From Escherichia coli (GTDB lineage: Bacteria; Pseudomonadota; Gammaproteobacteria; Enterobacterales; Enterobacteriaceae): a stretch of DNA of 64,000 bases. This document shows positions 32,736 through 49,106 of this stretch, piece by piece; position 1 is the first letter of the stretch; each line of letters begins with the position of its first letter. The notes below the pieces were generated by a model. The model made no database searches and was not told where the DNA came from. It worked only from the letters and a program-made list of their open reading frames with translations. The stretch is taken from the NCBI RefSeq assembly GCF_030384885.1, contig NZ_CP128613.1. The stretch is one strand, 5' to 3'. The translations under genes were made by a program, and so were the position numbers.

Positions 32736-34067
32736 TTACCCCATTCGTTGCCTGCGAATCGTCATATTGCTGGTCTGGGCCAGCGACATCCCCCGTGTCT
32801 CTGGCGCAAACGCAATGGAAATCAACAAACCAAACAGCGAGATACCTGCTCCCATCAGCATCGTGTTACTGATGCCGTAATTATTGATAAAGATCGGCAG
32901 CGCCCAGGTTGAAACAATGGTGCCAATACGGCTTAAGGACATAATAACGCCCACAGCAGAGGCGCGAATATCCGTCGGGAAGAGTTCATTAGGATAGAGC
33001 CACTGCAAATTACCCGGCCCACCAGAGAAAAAGGCATACACCGCAAATGCCATCACTACCAGCCAGATCCCCATATCCGGGATCAGCCCCAAAACCGCCA
33101 ACGCCAGCGTCATCATGGCAAAGCTGCCAATCAACAACGGACGCCGTCCGGCAGTGTTTAGCCACAGCATCGGCGGAATACAGCCGAGCATAAAGAACAG
33201 GCTAATCACCACGTTCCCCAGTGCCGCGTTTTTGCCAACGCCCAATCCCAGCAGACCAACGATTTGCGGGCCAAAGGTGTAAATAGCGAACATCGGGATC
33301 ACCTGGCAGGTCCAGATGGCGGCAACAAACAGAACAAAAGGAAAATGGCGGCGATTAAACAGATCGCGAAAACGGGTTTGCTGCGGCTGCTCTTCGTCGA
33401 AAGCCACCGGCTCACCAAACAGTTTGATCATCATCTCTTCGCACTCTTTCACTCGCCCTTTGCGTAATAACCAGCGGGGAGATTCTGGCAGTTCGAATCG
33501 ACCAATCAAAATCAACAAACAGGGGATCGCCGCGCTACCCAGCATCCAGCGCCAGCCGCCTTCCACATCATAAAGCCAGTAGCCGACCAGATCGGCACAG
33601 GTCGCGCCGACATACCACATAGCGGCGATAAAGCTGATGGAAAACGCCCGCTGACGGGTGCTGGAGAACTCGGTGATCATCGAAGTCGCGATGGGATAAT
33701 CCGCACCGATGACAATGCCGATGAGTACCCGCATCACCAGTAGTTCGATGGGGGATGAGACAAACATCGTTGCTACCGATATCACACCGATGGCGATGAT
33801 ATCAATGAGGAACATTTTGCGCCGTCCGACTTTATCGGAGATATAGCCAAACAGCGATGTGCCAACGAACAGCCCGGCGAGCGTTCCCGCGCCCAGCAAG
33901 CCAATCCAGTCAGCGTCCAGTTTCAGCGCCGGAGTCAGTTGCTCCAGCGCCACGCCAATCATTACCAGTACATAACCATCCAGAAACGGACCACCGCTTC
34001 CCCACAGCAAAATGCGGCGGTGAATAGAAGAGAATTTAAGATCGTCAAAGTTTCTGGACGGTTGCAT
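32736..34067 (-). CDS. yaaU: MFS transporter YaaU
   Basis: 443-aa 12-TM MFS protein at the K-12 yaaU position. Confidence 0.93.
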   Translation of the reverse strand: MQPSRNFDDLKFSSIHRRILLWGSGGPFLDGYVLVMIGVALEQLTPALKLDADWIGLLGAGTLAGLFVGTSLFGYISDKVGRRKMFLIDIIAIGVISVATMFVSSPIELLVMRVLIGIVIGADYPIATSMITEFSSTRQRAFSISFIAAMWYVGATCADLVGYWLYDVEGGWRWMLGSAAIPCLLILIGRFELPESPRWLLRKGRVKECEEMMIKLFGEPVAFDEEQPQQTRFRDLFNRRHFPFVLFVAAIWTCQVIPMFAIYTFGPQIVGLLGLGVGKNAALGNVVISLFFMLGCIPPMLWLNTAGRRPLLIGSFAMMTLALAVLGLIPDMGIWLVVMAFAVYAFFSGGPGNLQWLYPNELFPTDIRASAVGVIMSLSRIGTIVSTWALPIFINNYGISNTMLMGAGISLFGLLISIAFAPETRGMSLAQTSNMTIRRQRMG

Positions 34068-34126
34068 GGGTTATTCCTGTTTTTTTTGCAATGAGAGTCA
34101 GTACGGCGTTACGTATCAAACCAACA

Positions 34127-34414
34127 TCAGCCGTAACGAAACTCCACACCAAAGGTGCCGCGCGGGTATTCCCACTGTTCCAGCGCCGACCCCAGCCCCA
34201 GAATTCGGCAGGTACCACACTCCAGACATCCGGCGTAATCGAAACGCACGCTGCCGTCATCCTGCTTCTTATACAGACCTGCGGGGCACGCTTTCACCAG
34301 CAGCTCCAGCGCCTGTTTATCCGCATCGGCCTTTACAACAATGTGCGGATGCTCTTCATCGACATTGAATTTATTGACGCCCAGTTTGACGTCCACATTG
34401 ACGGGAGAAGTCAT
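34127..34414 (-). CDS. fixX: Ferredoxin-like protein FixX
   Basis: 95-aa protein with a Cys cluster (CPAG…C…CLECGTC). Confidence 0.95.
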   Translation of the reverse strand: MTSPVNVDVKLGVNKFNVDEEHPHIVVKADADKQALELLVKACPAGLYKKQDDGSVRFDYAGCLECGTCRILGLGSALEQWEYPRGTFGVEFRYG

Positions 34415-35697
34415 AAAACGGTCACTCCTTTCATGCCATCCTTGATCAGATTGATGAAGCCCACTTTCTTGCCGTGGCGGAGGATTTTCTTGCGCATCAG
34501 TTCCGGCGCGCTGCCGTCAATGGTGAACAGGTCACGCGCCACGCCCACCGCCAGTTCCGGGTAGCCGCTAAACATGCGTGGGTTATCAAGGAACGCCGGT
34601 AGTTTCTGGTACATGCGCATATCGCGCAGTGGGCCACTCTCCAGATGCTGACGATATTCCGTCAGTTTTTGCTTACTGAAATCGTCGCTTTTCATCGCTG
34701 AAAGCACGGTTTTTGCAGCAGCTTCCCCGGCGGCAATCGCCAGATCCATACCGCGAATGGTAAAACCGAGGTTCATACACATTCCGGCGGCATCACCGGC
34801 AATCAGTACGCCGTCACCGACCAGCTCCGGCAGCATGTTGATGCCTGCTTCCGGCACTACGTGAGCGGAATATTCCACCAGCTTGCCGCCTGCGATCAGC
34901 GGTGCAACGGCCGGATGTTGTTTGAAATCTTCCAGCATTTGCGGCACCGATTTTTTCGCGTCATGCAGATGATGGAGACCGCAAACCAGCCCCAGCGACA
35001 GGGTATTTTCATTGGTATAAAGGAAGCCGCCGCCCATCAGGCCATCAGTAGGTGATCCCGCAAACAGGCAAGCCGCGCCCTGATTACCCTGCAACTGAAA
35101 ACGGTCTTCGATAACCGACTTCGGTAATTCGATCAGTTCCTTCACGCCAACCGCCACATCCGTCGGTTTGACGCGTTTTGCCATCCCCAGCTTTTCGGCA
35201 AGGATGGAATTCACCCCGTCAGCAAGGATCACCGTTTTCGCTTCAATCACATCGCCATCGGCTTCTACGCCGACAACTTTGCCATCGCGCTGTACGAGGT
35301 TATCGACGCGGATCCCGGTAATTAACTGCGCGCCCGCCTCTTCGGCCTGCTCCATCAACCAGGCATCAAATTTACTGCGCAAAACGGAGTAAGAACGCTG
35401 GGATGGCGAGGTTTCGTCGCCATTGCAGTAGTCCATAGTCATCGCTGACTTTTCCGTCATAAACGCGAGTTTTTCATGGGTGATCAGGCGTTCTACGGGG
35501 GCGGATTCGGCGAAACCAGGAATAATGTGTTCCAGACTGTGGGCATAGAGACGCCCGCCGGTGACGTTCTTGGCACCTGCGGAATTGCCACGCTCGATAA
35601 CTAACACTTGCGCCCCTTCGCGGGCGAGCACCAGTGCGGCAACCGAACCGGCAAGCCCTGCACCGACGATGATGGCGTCAAAGATATCTTCGGACAT
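34411..35697 (-). CDS. fixC: FAD-dependent oxidoreductase FixC
   Basis: 428-aa protein with GAGLAG dinucleotide-binding motif; overlaps the fixX start. Confidence 0.96.
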   Translation of the reverse strand: MSEDIFDAIIVGAGLAGSVAALVLAREGAQVLVIERGNSAGAKNVTGGRLYAHSLEHIIPGFAESAPVERLITHEKLAFMTEKSAMTMDYCNGDETSPSQRSYSVLRSKFDAWLMEQAEEAGAQLITGIRVDNLVQRDGKVVGVEADGDVIEAKTVILADGVNSILAEKLGMAKRVKPTDVAVGVKELIELPKSVIEDRFQLQGNQGAACLFAGSPTDGLMGGGFLYTNENTLSLGLVCGLHHLHDAKKSVPQMLEDFKQHPAVAPLIAGGKLVEYSAHVVPEAGINMLPELVGDGVLIAGDAAGMCMNLGFTIRGMDLAIAAGEAAAKTVLSAMKSDDFSKQKLTEYRQHLESGPLRDMRMYQKLPAFLDNPRMFSGYPELAVGVARDLFTIDGSAPELMRKKILRHGKKVGFINLIKDGMKGVTVL

Positions 35698-35747
35698 AAG
35701 AGCTCCCTGTCAGCGGCAGGGCCGAAATGCAGCCCTGCCAGAGTGGA

Positions 35748-36689
35748 TCAACGCGCTAAAGCGGCGGTCAGCGCCGGAAGGATCTTCACGGCGTCACCAA
35801 CAATGCCGTAATCCGCGAACTGGAAGATCGGCGCATTTTTATCTTTGTTGATGGCGAAAATAGTTTGCGACGCGTTAGCGCCAACCATGTGCTGGATCTG
35901 CCCGGAGATCCCCACCGCCAGGTACAATTCAGGTTTCAGCATCAGGTTGGAGATACCGACATAGCGTTCGTGCTCCATCCATTTTTCGTTTTCCGCCACC
36001 GGACGAGAACAGGCCAGCTCCGCACCTATCGCCTTGCAAAGCTGTTCTGCCAGCGCAATGTTCTCTTTGCTGCCAATGCCGCGACCGACGCTGACCACCA
36101 GACGGGCTTTATCCAGATCGACGCTGTTGCTCTGGCGCGCCTGCGTTGCCGTGCGGGTAATCGCCACCGCCGGAGCCTGCCACGCCACGGTGTGTGTTTC
36201 GCCAGTACGTGACGCGTCTGGCTGAGCCGCATCAAACGTGCCGCTGCTGATGGTCAGTACCGCATACGGCGTGGCAATGCGTTCTTCGCCAATCGCCAGA
36301 CCGCCGTAAACCATGTGTTTCACTGTCGCTTTACCGTCCTGCACGCTAACGGCGCTGGCATCGTTCGAAACCGCCGCTTTAAGGCGGTAACCCAGTTTTG
36401 CCGCCAGTAATTTGCCGCGACGGGTATTCGGCAACAGCACCAGACCGTCTGCGCCGTGCTGGCGAATAGTGTCAGCCATGACACCGGCGTAATCTTCGAT
36501 CATCCGATCGTCCGGTTTGCCGCTTAATGTCCAGACATGATTAGCACCAAGCTGGATTGCCAGTGCGCCGTCGGCATCATTGAGGACAAAGGTGTTGATT
36601 TGATTAGCTAAAGCCTGCGCACCGTTCATCAGTTCCGGCAGACGAGAAGGGGTATCGCTGAATACCCAGACTTGAGAAAACGTGTTCAT
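35748..36689 (-). CDS. fixB: Electron transfer flavoprotein alpha-subunit homologue FixB
   Basis: 313-aa protein recognised as FixB. Confidence 0.96.
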   Translation of the reverse strand: MNTFSQVWVFSDTPSRLPELMNGAQALANQINTFVLNDADGALAIQLGANHVWTLSGKPDDRMIEDYAGVMADTIRQHGADGLVLLPNTRRGKLLAAKLGYRLKAAVSNDASAVSVQDGKATVKHMVYGGLAIGEERIATPYAVLTISSGTFDAAQPDASRTGETHTVAWQAPAVAITRTATQARQSNSVDLDKARLVVSVGRGIGSKENIALAEQLCKAIGAELACSRPVAENEKWMEHERYVGISNLMLKPELYLAVGISGQIQHMVGANASQTIFAINKDKNAPIFQFADYGIVGDAVKILPALTAALAR

Positions 36690-36703
36690 AGCATCCCCTG
36701 TAA

Positions 36704-37474
36704 TTAAATGACTTTGCGAAGATTTTCAGCAAATGCGGCGATCTGTTCTTCGCCGTCGCCTTCAATCACAATGCGCTGACGCTCGCGCTGTTTCGGTGCG
36801 GCAACCTGTTGTTCAGACCAGGCTTCCATGGCGTTAAAGCCAATGTCCGCCGCCGACCATACCTGGACTGGCTTTTTCGCCGCGCCGAGAATGGCTTTCA
36901 TCGAAGGAATTTGTGGGGAATTGATATCAGTGGAAACAGCAACAACCGCAGGCAGCGGAATGCTTAAGGTTTCTGTTTCATCTTCCAGTTCGCGCTCAAC
37001 GGTGAGGGTATCTGCCGTCAGGGAGATAATTTTGCTGACGCCGTTAACTGCCGGAATATTGAGGATTTCGCCCACCAGCAAACCAACCTGCTGGGCATAA
37101 AGGTCGGAAGAACCATCGCCACAAAGGATCAAATCAAAGCCTGCTTTCTGGGCGGCAGCAGCCAGTGCGGTCGCCGTTTGTTGCGGCAGTGCCTGCTCGA
37201 ACTGGTCATCAATCACCACAATCAGTTCATCCGGGCCGCGCGATAGCACATCTTTACGCCCTTTGGCGTTGGTCAGGGCTTTACCGCCCACACTTAAGGC
37301 TGTCACCTGCGCCTCTGCTGTCTGTTGCTTTAGCTGGCAAGCCGCTTCAATAGCGTTGAGATCGTATTGGCTTATTTTGGCATCGGCTTTACTGAAGTCT
37401 AACGAACCATCAGCATTATTGACCGCAATATCCTGTTCATCAGGCACGCACTTATAGCAAGTAATAATCTTCAT
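36704..37474 (-). CDS. fixA: Electron transfer flavoprotein beta-subunit homologue FixA
   Basis: Start taken at [14 protein letters not shown]… (256 aa); the track ORF has a 21-codon extension. Confidence 0.93.
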   Translation of the reverse strand: MKIITCYKCVPDEQDIAVNNADGSLDFSKADAKISQYDLNAIEAACQLKQQTAEAQVTALSVGGKALTNAKGRKDVLSRGPDELIVVIDDQFEQALPQQTATALAAAAQKAGFDLILCGDGSSDLYAQQVGLLVGEILNIPAVNGVSKIISLTADTLTVERELEDETETLSIPLPAVVAVSTDINSPQIPSMKAILGAAKKPVQVWSAADIGFNAMEAWSEQQVAAPKQRERQRIVIEGDGEEQIAAFAENLRKVI

Positions 37475-39462
<1,988 letters not shown>

Positions 39463-39492
39463 TTAACCCACAAAATATCAAGAGGTTGAAAG

Positions 39493-40635
39493 ATGGATTT
39501 TAATTTAAATGATGAGCAGGAACTGTTTGTCGCCGGTATCCGCGAACTGATGGCCAGCGAAAACTGGGAGGCCTATTTTGCCGAGTGCGACCGTGACAGC
39601 GTCTACCCGGAACGTTTTGTCAAAGCACTGGCAGATATGGGTATCGACAGCCTGCTTATCCCGGAAGAGCACGGCGGGCTGGACGCAGGTTTTGTCACCC
39701 TCGCCGCCGTGTGGATGGAATTGGGTCGTTTGGGGGCACCAACCTACGTGCTGTACCAGTTGCCGGGTGGATTCAACACCTTCCTGCGCGAAGGCACACA
39801 AGAGCAGATCGACAAGATTATGGCGTTTCGTGGTACTGGTAAGCAGATGTGGAACTCAGCGATTACCGAACCAGGGGCTGGCTCTGACGTGGGTAGCCTG
39901 AAAACGACTTATACCCGTAGAAATGGTAAGATTTATCTTAATGGTAGTAAGTGTTTTATTACCAGCAGCGCCTACACCCCGTACATCGTGGTGATGGCGC
40001 GTGACGGGGCTTCTCCGGACAAACCTGTCTACACCGAATGGTTTGTTGATATGAGCAAACCGGGCATCAAAGTGACCAAACTAGAGAAGCTCGGTCTGCG
40101 TATGGATAGCTGCTGTGAAATCACCTTTGACGATGTGGAACTGGACGAGAAAGACATGTTCGGTCGGGAAGGTAACGGCTTTAACCGCGTCAAAGAAGAG
40201 TTCGATCATGAACGTTTCCTGGTAGCTCTCACCAACTACGGTACGGCGATGTGCGCCTTTGAAGATGCGGCGCGCTACGCCAACCAGCGCGTGCAGTTTG
40301 GCGAGGCTATTGGTCGTTTCCAGTTGATTCAGGAAAAATTCGCCCACATGGCGATCAAATTAAACTCCATGAAAAACATGCTGTATGAAGCAGCGTGGAA
40401 AGCAGACAACGGCACCATCACCTCTGGCGATGCAGCGATGTGCAAATACTTCTGCGCCAATGCGGCATTTGAAGTGGTGGATAGCGCAATGCAGGTGCTG
40501 GGCGGTGTTGGGATTGCGGGCAACCACCGCATCAGCCGCTTCTGGCGTGACCTGCGTGTAGACCGCGTTTCCGGAGGATCTGACGAAATGCAGATCCTGA
40601 CGCTGGGTCGTGCGGTGCTGAAACAATACCGCTAA
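39493..40635 (+). CDS. caiA: Crotonobetainyl-CoA reductase
   Basis: 380-aa acyl-CoA dehydrogenase-family protein recognised as CaiA. Confidence 0.97.
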
Positions 40636-40639
40636 GTCC

Positions 40640-40735
40640 GTGCGCTGCCTGATGCGACGCTACCGCGTCTTATCAGGCCTACGGGAGCACGAATGTAGGC
40701 CTGATAAGGCGTTTACGCCGCATCCGGCAGTCATG
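40640..40735. repeat. REP/BIME elements between caiA and caiB
   Basis: GCCTGATGCGACGC…CTTATCAGGCCTAC and TGTAGGCCTGATAAGGCG…GCATCCGGCA units. Confidence 0.7.
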
Positions 40736-40745
40736 CGCTACATAA

Positions 40746-41981
<1,236 letters not shown>

Positions 41982-42054
41982 ACGCGTGGCGTCAGTCAGC
42001 TTGCCTGACTAGCGCCCGCCCAATAACAAACGAACAAAAATGGATAGAGGTGCA

Positions 42055-43608
42055 ATGGATATCATTGGCGGACAACATCTACGTCAAATGTGGGACGATC
42101 TGGCGGACGTTTACGGTCATAAAACGGCGCTGATTTGTGAATCCAGCGGCGGAGTCGTTAACCGGTATAGTTATCTTGAGTTAAATCAGGAGATTAACCG
42201 CACGGCAAACCTGTTTTATACGCTGGGGATTCGCAAAGGCGACAAGGTTGCTCTACATCTCGACAACTGCCCGGAATTTATCTTTTGCTGGTTCGGGCTG
42301 GTAAAAATTGGCGCAATTATGGTGCCGATTAACGCCCGCCTGTTGCGCGAAGAAAGCGCGTGGATCCTGCAAAATAGCCAGGCGTGCCTGCTGGTGACCA
42401 GTGCGCAGTTCTATCCCATGTATCAACAGATTCAGCAGGAAGATGCCACGCAACTGCGGCACATTTGCCTGACAGATGTGGAGCTTCCCGCTGATGATGG
42501 CGTGAGTTCGTTTACTCAACTGAAAAATCAACAACCTGCCACCTTGTGCTATGCACCGCCGCTATCGACTGACGATACGGCGGAAATTCTCTTTACCTCC
42601 GGTACCACTTCCCGGCCGAAAGGGGTGGTGATTACCCATTACAACCTGCGCTTCGCCGGATATTACTCCGCCTGGCAATGTGCACTGCGTGACGATGACG
42701 TCTACCTGACGGTAATGCCTGCATTTCATATCGATTGCCAGTGTACTGCGGCGATGGCGGCATTTTCTGCCGGAGCCACCTTTGTGCTGGTCGAGAAATA
42801 CAGCGCCCGCGCCTTCTGGGGACAGGTACAAAAGTACCGCGCCACCGTTACCGAATGCATTCCGATGATGATCCGTACCTTGATGGTGCAGCCGCCTTCT
42901 GTGAACGATCGGCAACACCATCTGCGGGAAGTGATGTTTTATCTCAACCTGTCGGAGCAGGAAAAGGACGCATTTTGTGAACGCTTTGGCGTCCGCTTGC
43001 TGACGTCTTATGGGATGACGGAAACCATTGTTGGCATTATCGGCGATCGCCCCGGCGATAAACGACGCTGGCCGTCAATTGGCCGTGCAGGATTTTGCTA
43101 CGAAGCGGAGATCCGCGACGATCACAACCGTCCGCTCCCGGCTGGTGAAATCGGTGAAATCTGCATTAAAGGCGTACCAGGGAAAACCATCTTCAAAGAA
43201 TATTTTCTTAACCCGCAAGCCACTGCCAGAGTCCTGGAAGCCGATGGCTGGCTGCACACTGGCGATACCGGATACCGCGACGAAGAGGGCTTTTTTTATT
43301 TCGTCGATCGCCGCTGCAATATGATTAAACGCGGTGGCGAGAATGTCTCCTGCGTGGAGCTGGAAAATATTATCGCCGCACATCCAAAAATTCAGGATAT
43401 CGTGGTTGTGGGTATTAAAGATTCGATTCGCGATGAAGCCATCAAAGCATTTGTGGTGCTGAATGAAGGTGAAACATTGAGCGAAGAGGAATTTTTCCGC
43501 TTCTGCGAACAAAATATGGCGAAATTTAAAGTGCCCTCTTATCTGGAGATCAGAAAAGATCTGCCACGTAATTGCTCGGGGAAAATAATCAGAAAGAATC
43601 TGAAATAA
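42055..43608 (+). CDS. caiC: Crotonobetaine/carnitine-CoA ligase
   Basis: Adenylate-forming enzyme ([10 protein letters not shown]); start taken at ATG 42055 (MDIIGGQHL…, RBS GAGG); an alternative in-frame ATG lies at 42040. Confidence 0.9.
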   Translation: MDIIGGQHLRQMWDDLADVYGHKTALICESSGGVVNRYSYLELNQEINRTANLFYTLGIRKGDKVALHLDNCPEFIFCWFGLVKIGAIMVPINARLLREESAWILQNSQACLLVTSAQFYPMYQQIQQEDATQLRHICLTDVELPADDGVSSFTQLKNQQPATLCYAPPLSTDDTAEILFTSGTTSRPKGVVITHYNLRFAGYYSAWQCALRDDDVYLTVMPAFHIDCQCTAAMAAFSAGATFVLVEKYSARAFWGQVQKYRATVTECIPMMIRTLMVQPPSVNDRQHHLREVMFYLNLSEQEKDAFCERFGVRLLTSYGMTETIVGIIGDRPGDKRRWPSIGRAGFCYEAEIRDDHNRPLPAGEIGEICIKGVPGKTIFKEYFLNPQATARVLEADGWLHTGDTGYRDEEGFFYFVDRRCNMIKRGGENVSCVELENIIAAHPKIQDIVVVGIKDSIRDEAIKAFVVLNEGETLSEEEFFRFCEQNMAKFKVPSYLEIRKDLPRNCSGKIIRKNLK

Positions 43609-43716
43609 ATGAAACGGCAGGGAACTACCCTGCCCGCTAATAATCACGTTCTAAAACAATATGCATTTTTTGCAGGGATGTTGTCGTCCCTGAAAAAGCA
43701 AAAATGGAGAAAAGGA

Positions 43717-44502
43717 ATGAGTGAATCATTACATCTGACCCGCAATGGATCAATTCTGGAAATTACCCTTGATCGCCCAAAAGCGAATGCTATTGATGCA
43801 AAAACCAGCTTTGAAATGGGCGAAGTATTTCTAAATTTCCGTGACGATCCGCAATTACGTGTCGCCATTATTACCGGTGCCGGAGAGAAATTCTTTTCCG
43901 CAGGCTGGGATTTAAAGGCGGCAGCAGAAGGCGAAGCACCTGATGCTGGCTTTGGCCCGGGTGGTTTTGCGGGATTAACCGAAATTTTCAATCTCGACAA
44001 ACCGGTTATCGCAGCTGTGAACGGCTACGCCTTTGGCGGCGGCTTTGAACTGGCACTGGCGGCAGATTTTATTGTCTGTGCCGATAACGCCAGCTTCGCC
44101 CTGCCGGAAGCCAAACTGGGCATCGTTCCTGACAGCGGCGGTGTGCTGCGTCTGCCGAAGATCCTGCCGCCTGCTATCGTCAATGAAATGGTGATGACCG
44201 GCAGAAGAATGAGCGCAGAAGAGGCGCTGCGTTGGGGGGTAGTCAACCGCGTGGTTAGCCAGGCGGAACTGATGGATAACGCCCGCGAACTGGCACAGCA
44301 ACTTGTTGACAGCGCCCCACTGGCGATCGCAGCGCTGAAAGAGATCTACCGCACCACCAGCGAAATGCCAGTAGAAGAAGCGTATCGCTATATTCGCAGC
44401 GGCGTGTTGAAACACTATCCATCGGTTCTGCATTCGGAAGATGCCATTGAAGGGCCACTGGCGTTTGCCGAGAAGCGCGATCCGGTGTGGAAAGGACGTT
44501 AA
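43717..44502 (+). CDS. caiD: Carnitinyl-CoA dehydratase
   Basis: 261-aa enoyl-CoA hydratase-family protein from [11 protein letters not shown]…; the track ORF 43609 is over-extended. Confidence 0.94.
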   Translation: MSESLHLTRNGSILEITLDRPKANAIDAKTSFEMGEVFLNFRDDPQLRVAIITGAGEKFFSAGWDLKAAAEGEAPDAGFGPGGFAGLTEIFNLDKPVIAAVNGYAFGGGFELALAADFIVCADNASFALPEAKLGIVPDSGGVLRLPKILPPAIVNEMVMTGRRMSAEEALRWGVVNRVVSQAELMDNARELAQQLVDSAPLAIAALKEIYRTTSEMPVEEAYRYIRSGVLKHYPSVLHSEDAIEGPLAFAEKRDPVWKGR

Positions 44503-44507
44503 CAACC

Positions 44508-45098
44508 GTGAGTTATTACGCCTTTGAGGGGTTAATTCCGGTGGTTCACCCGACGGCGTTTGTCCATCCCAGTGCAGTATTGATTGGCGATGTGATTGTG
44601 GGAGCCGGTGTCTACATCGGCCCACTCGCCTCACTGCGTGGTGATTACGGGCAGTTGATCGTGCAAGCGGGAGCCAATATTCAGGATGGCTGCATTATGC
44701 ATGGCTACTGCGACACTGACACCATCGTTGGGGAAAACGGCCATATCGGGCACGGAGCAATCCTACATGGTTGTGTGATTGGTCGCGATGCATTGGTCGG
44801 GATGAACAGCGTGATTATGGATGGCGCGGTCATTGGCGAAGAGAGCATTGTTGCCGCTATGAGCTTTGTCAAAGCGGGCTTTCGCGGCGAGAAACGCCAG
44901 TTGTTGATGGGCACGCCTGCCCGCGCTGTACGCAGTGTTAGTGACGACGAGTTACACTGGAAGCAGTTGAATACCAAAGAGTATCAGGATCTTGTCGGCC
45001 GCTGCCATGTAGCGTTACATGAAACGCAGCCGTTGAGACAAATGGAGGAAAATCGTCCCCGTTTGCAGGGGACGACGGATGTGGCGCCAAAGCAGTGA
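44508..45098 (+). CDS. caiE: Carnitine operon protein CaiE (hexapeptide-repeat family)
   Basis: Start taken at GTG 44508 giving (M)[14 protein letters not shown]…; an alternative GTG lies at 44487; overlaps the caiD end. Confidence 0.9.
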   Translation: MSYYAFEGLIPVVHPTAFVHPSAVLIGDVIVGAGVYIGPLASLRGDYGQLIVQAGANIQDGCIMHGYCDTDTIVGENGHIGHGAILHGCVIGRDALVGMNSVIMDGAVIGEESIVAAMSFVKAGFRGEKRQLLMGTPARAVRSVSDDELHWKQLNTKEYQDLVGRCHVALHETQPLRQMEENRPRLQGTTDVAPKQ

Positions 45099-45100
45099 CA

Positions 45101-45195
45101 TCGTCGGATGCGGCGTAAACACCTTATCCGACCTGACTGGAGAGCAACCGTAGGCCAGATAAGATGCCAGCATCGCATCCGGCAACCAGACCGCA
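45101..45195. repeat. REP/BIME elements between caiE and caiF
   Basis: GGATGCGGCGTAAACACCTTATCCGACC and TAGGCCAGATAAGATGCCAGCATCGCATCCGGCA units. Confidence 0.7.
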
Positions 45196-45214
45196 CGGTA
45201 TCAACGAAATTAAA

Positions 45215-45610
45215 TTAACGACGCATACTCTTCGACAACATCATTTGCCACTTCTGCTCGCGGTTAAGTTCCGTGAGTGGAACGGCAGGAATACGCGGTG
45301 TCTTTCTTACGCCGACTAATTTTTCCCGACTGTTATTGCGCAGGCGCGCGTAAATTTGCTCATCGATATCGACCACTTTAACCAGTCGCTGACACTGGCA
45401 TCCCCGCCCTTCCAGCTTATTAGGGATCATCTTAACTTCGCAGCTTATTTCTGTGACTTCCGACAGAATATAAGTCAGGGTATTAACCGCCTTGCTGTGT
45501 TCAATATCGAAATGAATAGAGATCTCTCTTGCTATCACCCACCGATTTTCAGCCATCATCCATTCGGCGATTAACAAGTAGCGTGGTTTTTCAACATATC
45601 CTTCACACAT
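45215..45610 (-). CDS. caiF: Transcriptional activator of the cai/fix operons
   Basis: 131-aa protein from MCEGYVEKPRYLLIAEWMMAENRWVIARE…; the track ORF is extended by 35 codons. Confidence 0.93.
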   Translation of the reverse strand: MCEGYVEKPRYLLIAEWMMAENRWVIAREISIHFDIEHSKAVNTLTYILSEVTEISCEVKMIPNKLEGRGCQCQRLVKVVDIDEQIYARLRNNSREKLVGVRKTPRIPAVPLTELNREQKWQMMLSKSMRR

Positions 45611-45870
45611 ACGAACTCCAGTTTCACAAATTAAAAGTCTGGCTATGACTCGTTTTGAAGCAATTAAACAAGGCCATATTAAAATTGTGGATATATCGAT
45701 AGTATGCAACTTCACCGTCGATAAGTGTGAGCTAAATCCTGCTTATGTCATCAAAAATATCGATTCCCCAAAAGATTTACTTAATGGGCAAAAAAAACGG
45801 TCCTCATCAGAGAACCGTATTAGTTATTCGATCAAATTAGCGGATGAAAAATATCCGCCATGACACGCTA

Positions 45871-48800
45871 TTATTTGATCTGCGCGTGCATTTCCTGCAC
45901 CGAAATTACTTTTTCAGTCGCATCGGCATTCAGCGCCATCGCGGTAGCGAAACCACCGTTCAGGGTGGTGTCATAATGCACTTTATATTGCAGCGCACTG
46001 CGACGAATCACGCGGGAGTCTTCAATCGCGCGACGGCCTGAGGTGGTGTTGATGATGTAGGTATATTCGCCATTCTTGATGCGGTCCTGAATGTGCGGAC
46101 GACCTTCATGCACCTTGTTCACCAAACGCGGGTTAATACCTGCTTCGCCCAGCACAATCGCTGTGCCGTGGGTCGCATCCAGCTCGAAGCCCTGTTTCAG
46201 CAGTTTTGCCGCCAGGTCTACCACGCGTTCTTTATCGCCTTCGCGCACGGAAAGCAGCGCACGACCGTGTTTCTTCATGGTGGAGTTGCTGCCCAGCTGC
46301 GCTTTGGCAAACGCTTCAGCGAAGGTGCGGCCCACGCCCATCACTTCCCCGGTAGAGCGCATTTCTGGCCCTAACAGCGGGTCAACGCCGGGGAATTTGT
46401 TGAACGGCAGCACCACTTCTTTCACCGAGTAATATGGCGGGATAACTTCTTTAGTTACGCCCTGCTCAGCCAGCGATTTGCCAGCCATCACACGCGCCGC
46501 CACTTTCGCCAGCGGTACGCCGGTGGCTTTGGAGACGAACGGAACGGTACGCGCCGCACGCGGGTTAACTTCAATCAGGTAGACTTCGTTGTTTTTCACC
46601 GCAAACTGCACGTTCATCAGACCGCGCACCTGCAATTCGAAGGCCAGTTTCTGCACCTGTTGGCGCATCACATCCTGAATTTCCTGACTTAAAGTGTAGG
46701 CTGGCAGAGAACATGCGGAATCACCGGAGTGTACGCCCGCCTGCTCAATATGCTCCATGATGCCGCCAATCAGCACCATTTCACCGTCGCAGATGGCGTC
46801 CACATCCACTTCTACCGCGTCATCGAGGAAGTGGTCCAGCAATACTGGTGCATCGTTAGACACGCTCACCGCCGTCTGGAAGTAGCGACGCAGGTCAGCT
46901 TCGTCATAGACGATTTCCATCGCCCGACCGCCGAGAACGTAAGACGGACGCACCACCAGCGGGTAACCAATCTCTTTTGCCTTCTCAACCGCCATTTCAA
47001 TAGCGGTAACGGTGGCGTTCGCCGGTTGTTTCAGTTTCAGACGGTCAACCGCATGCTGGAAGCGTTCACGGTCTTCCGCACGGTCGATAGCATCCGGGCT
47101 GGTGCCGATAACCGGTACGCCAGCGGCTTCCAGTGCGCGCGCCAGTTTCAGCGGGGTCTGACCGCCGTACTGAACGATAACGCCTTTCGGCTTCTCAATA
47201 CGCACGATTTCCAGCACATCTTCCAGGGTTACCGGCTCAAAGTAGAGGCGATCGGAAGTGTCGTAGTCAGTGGAGACGGTTTCCGGGTTACAGTTAACCA
47301 TGATGGTTTCGTAACCGTCTTCACGTAGCGCCAGCGAGGCGTGTACACAGCAGTAGTCGAATTCAATACCCTGACCGATACGGTTCGGGCCGCCGCCGAG
47401 CACCATGATTTTGTCACGGTCAGATGGGTTGGATTCGCACTCTTCTTCATAGGTGGAGTACATATACGCGGTGTCGGTGGCAAATTCTGCCGCACAGGTA
47501 TCCACACGTTTGTAGACCGGGTGCAGGTCATACTGGTCGCGTAGCTTACGGATTTCTGCTTCACGCACGCCCGCGAGTTTTGCCAGACGCGCATCGGCAA
47601 AGCCTTTGCGTTTCAGCTGGCGCAGGAAGTCAGCGTTCAGGCCAGTGATGCCCACTTCCGCTACTTTCTCTTCCAGGCGCACCAGCTCTTCAATTTGTAC
47701 CAGGAACCAGCGGTCGATATTGGTCAGATTGAAGACGCCGTCTACGGACAGGCCCGCACGGAACGCATCGGCGATATACCAGATACGCTCTGCGCCTGCG
47801 TCTTTCAGCTCGCGGCGAATTTTGGTCAGCGCTTCCGGGTCGTCGAGACTCACTTTCGGGTCGAAGCCAGTTGCGCCCACTTCCAGGCCACGCAGCGCTT
47901 TTTGCAGGGATTCCTGCTGCGTGCGACCAATCGCCATCACTTCGCCAACCGATTTCATCTGAGTGGTCAGACGGTCGTTAGCACCGGCGAATTTCTCGAA
48001 GTTGAAGCGAGGAATTTTGGTGACCACGTAGTCGATGGACGGCTCGAAGGAGGCCGGAGTACGCCCGCCGGTGATGTCGTTCATCAGTTCGTCGAGGGTG
48101 TAACCCACCGCCAGTTTCGCCGCCACTTTAGCAATCGGGAAGCCGGTCGCTTTCGACGCCAGCGCCGAAGAACGCGACACGCGCGGGTTCATTTCGATAA
48201 CAATCAGGCGACCATTTTTCGGGTTCACCGCAAACTGGACGTTGGAACCACCGGTTTCAACGCCGATTTCACGCAGTACCGCCATCGAGGCGTTACGCAT
48301 GATTTGATATTCTTTGTCGGTCAGCGTTTGGGCTGGCGCGACAGTGATGGAGTCACCGGTGTGGATGCCCATCGCATCGAAGTTTTCGATAGAGCAGACG
48401 ATGATGCAGTTGTCGTTTTTATCACGCACCACTTCCATCTCGTACTCTTTCCAGCCGATCAGCGACTCATCAATCAGCAGCTCTTTGGTTGGGGAGAGAT
48501 CCAGACCGCGGGCGCAAATTTCTTCAAACTCTTCGCGGTTATAAGCGATACCACCACCGCTACCACCCATGGTAAAGGATGGGCGAATAATGCACGGGAA
48601 GCCCACTTCAGCGGCAACTGCCAGCGCTTCTTCCATGGTGTGTGCGATACCAGAACGCGCAGTTTCCAGACCGATTTTCTTCATCGCCACGTCGAAACGG
48701 CGGCGGTCTTCGGCTTTATCAATCGCATCGGCGGTGGCACCAATCATGGTGACGCCGAACTCTTCCAGCACGCCCTGACGCTCCAGCTCCAGCGCACAGT

Positions 48801-49089
48801 TCAGCGCTGTCTGACCGCCCATCGTTGGCAACACCGCGTCCGGACGCTCTTTTTCAATAATCTTGCGTACCACTTCCCAGTGAATCGGCTCGATGTAGGT
48901 CGCATCAGCCATTTCCGGGTCGGTCATGATGGTCGCTGGGTTGGAGTTCACCAGAATGACGCGGTAACCCTCTTCGCGCAGGGCTTTACATGCTTGCGCG
49001 CCAGAGTAGTCAAACTCACACGCCTGACCGATAACAATCGGGCCCGCACCCAGAATCAGGATACTTTTTATATCTGTACGTTTTGGCAT
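45871..49089 (-). CDS. carB: Carbamoyl-phosphate synthase large subunit
   Basis: 1072-aa protein with duplicated ATP-grasp halves, recognised as CarB. Confidence 0.97.
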   Translation of the reverse strand: MPKRTDIKSILILGAGPIVIGQACEFDYSGAQACKALREEGYRVILVNSNPATIMTDPEMADATYIEPIHWEVVRKIIEKERPDAVLPTMGGQTALNCALELERQGVLEEFGVTMIGATADAIDKAEDRRRFDVAMKKIGLETARSGIAHTMEEALAVAAEVGFPCIIRPSFTMGGSGGGIAYNREEFEEICARGLDLSPTKELLIDESLIGWKEYEMEVVRDKNDNCIIVCSIENFDAMGIHTGDSITVAPAQTLTDKEYQIMRNASMAVLREIGVETGGSNVQFAVNPKNGRLIVIEMNPRVSRSSALASKATGFPIAKVAAKLAVGYTLDELMNDITGGRTPASFEPSIDYVVTKIPRFNFEKFAGANDRLTTQMKSVGEVMAIGRTQQESLQKALRGLEVGATGFDPKVSLDDPEALTKIRRELKDAGAERIWYIADAFRAGLSVDGVFNLTNIDRWFLVQIEELVRLEEKVAEVGITGLNADFLRQLKRKGFADARLAKLAGVREAEIRKLRDQYDLHPVYKRVDTCAAEFATDTAYMYSTYEEECESNPSDRDKIMVLGGGPNRIGQGIEFDYCCVHASLALREDGYETIMVNCNPETVSTDYDTSDRLYFEPVTLEDVLEIVRIEKPKGVIVQYGGQTPLKLARALEAAGVPVIGTSPDAIDRAEDRERFQHAVDRLKLKQPANATVTAIEMAVEKAKEIGYPLVVRPSYVLGGRAMEIVYDEADLRRYFQTAVSVSNDAPVLLDHFLDDAVEVDVDAICDGEMVLIGGIMEHIEQAGVHSGDSACSLPAYTLSQEIQDVMRQQVQKLAFELQVRGLMNVQFAVKNNEVYLIEVNPRAARTVPFVSKATGVPLAKVAARVMAGKSLAEQGVTKEVIPPYYSVKEVVLPFNKFPGVDPLLGPEMRSTGEVMGVGRTFAEAFAKAQLGSNSTMKKHGRALLSVREGDKERVVDLAAKLLKQGFELDATHGTAIVLGEAGINPRLVNKVHEGRPHIQDRIKNGEYTYIINTTSGRRAIEDSRVIRRSALQYKVHYDTTLNGGFATAMALNADATEKVISVQEMHAQIK

Positions 49090-49106
49090 GGCTCTTTTAC
49101 TCCTGA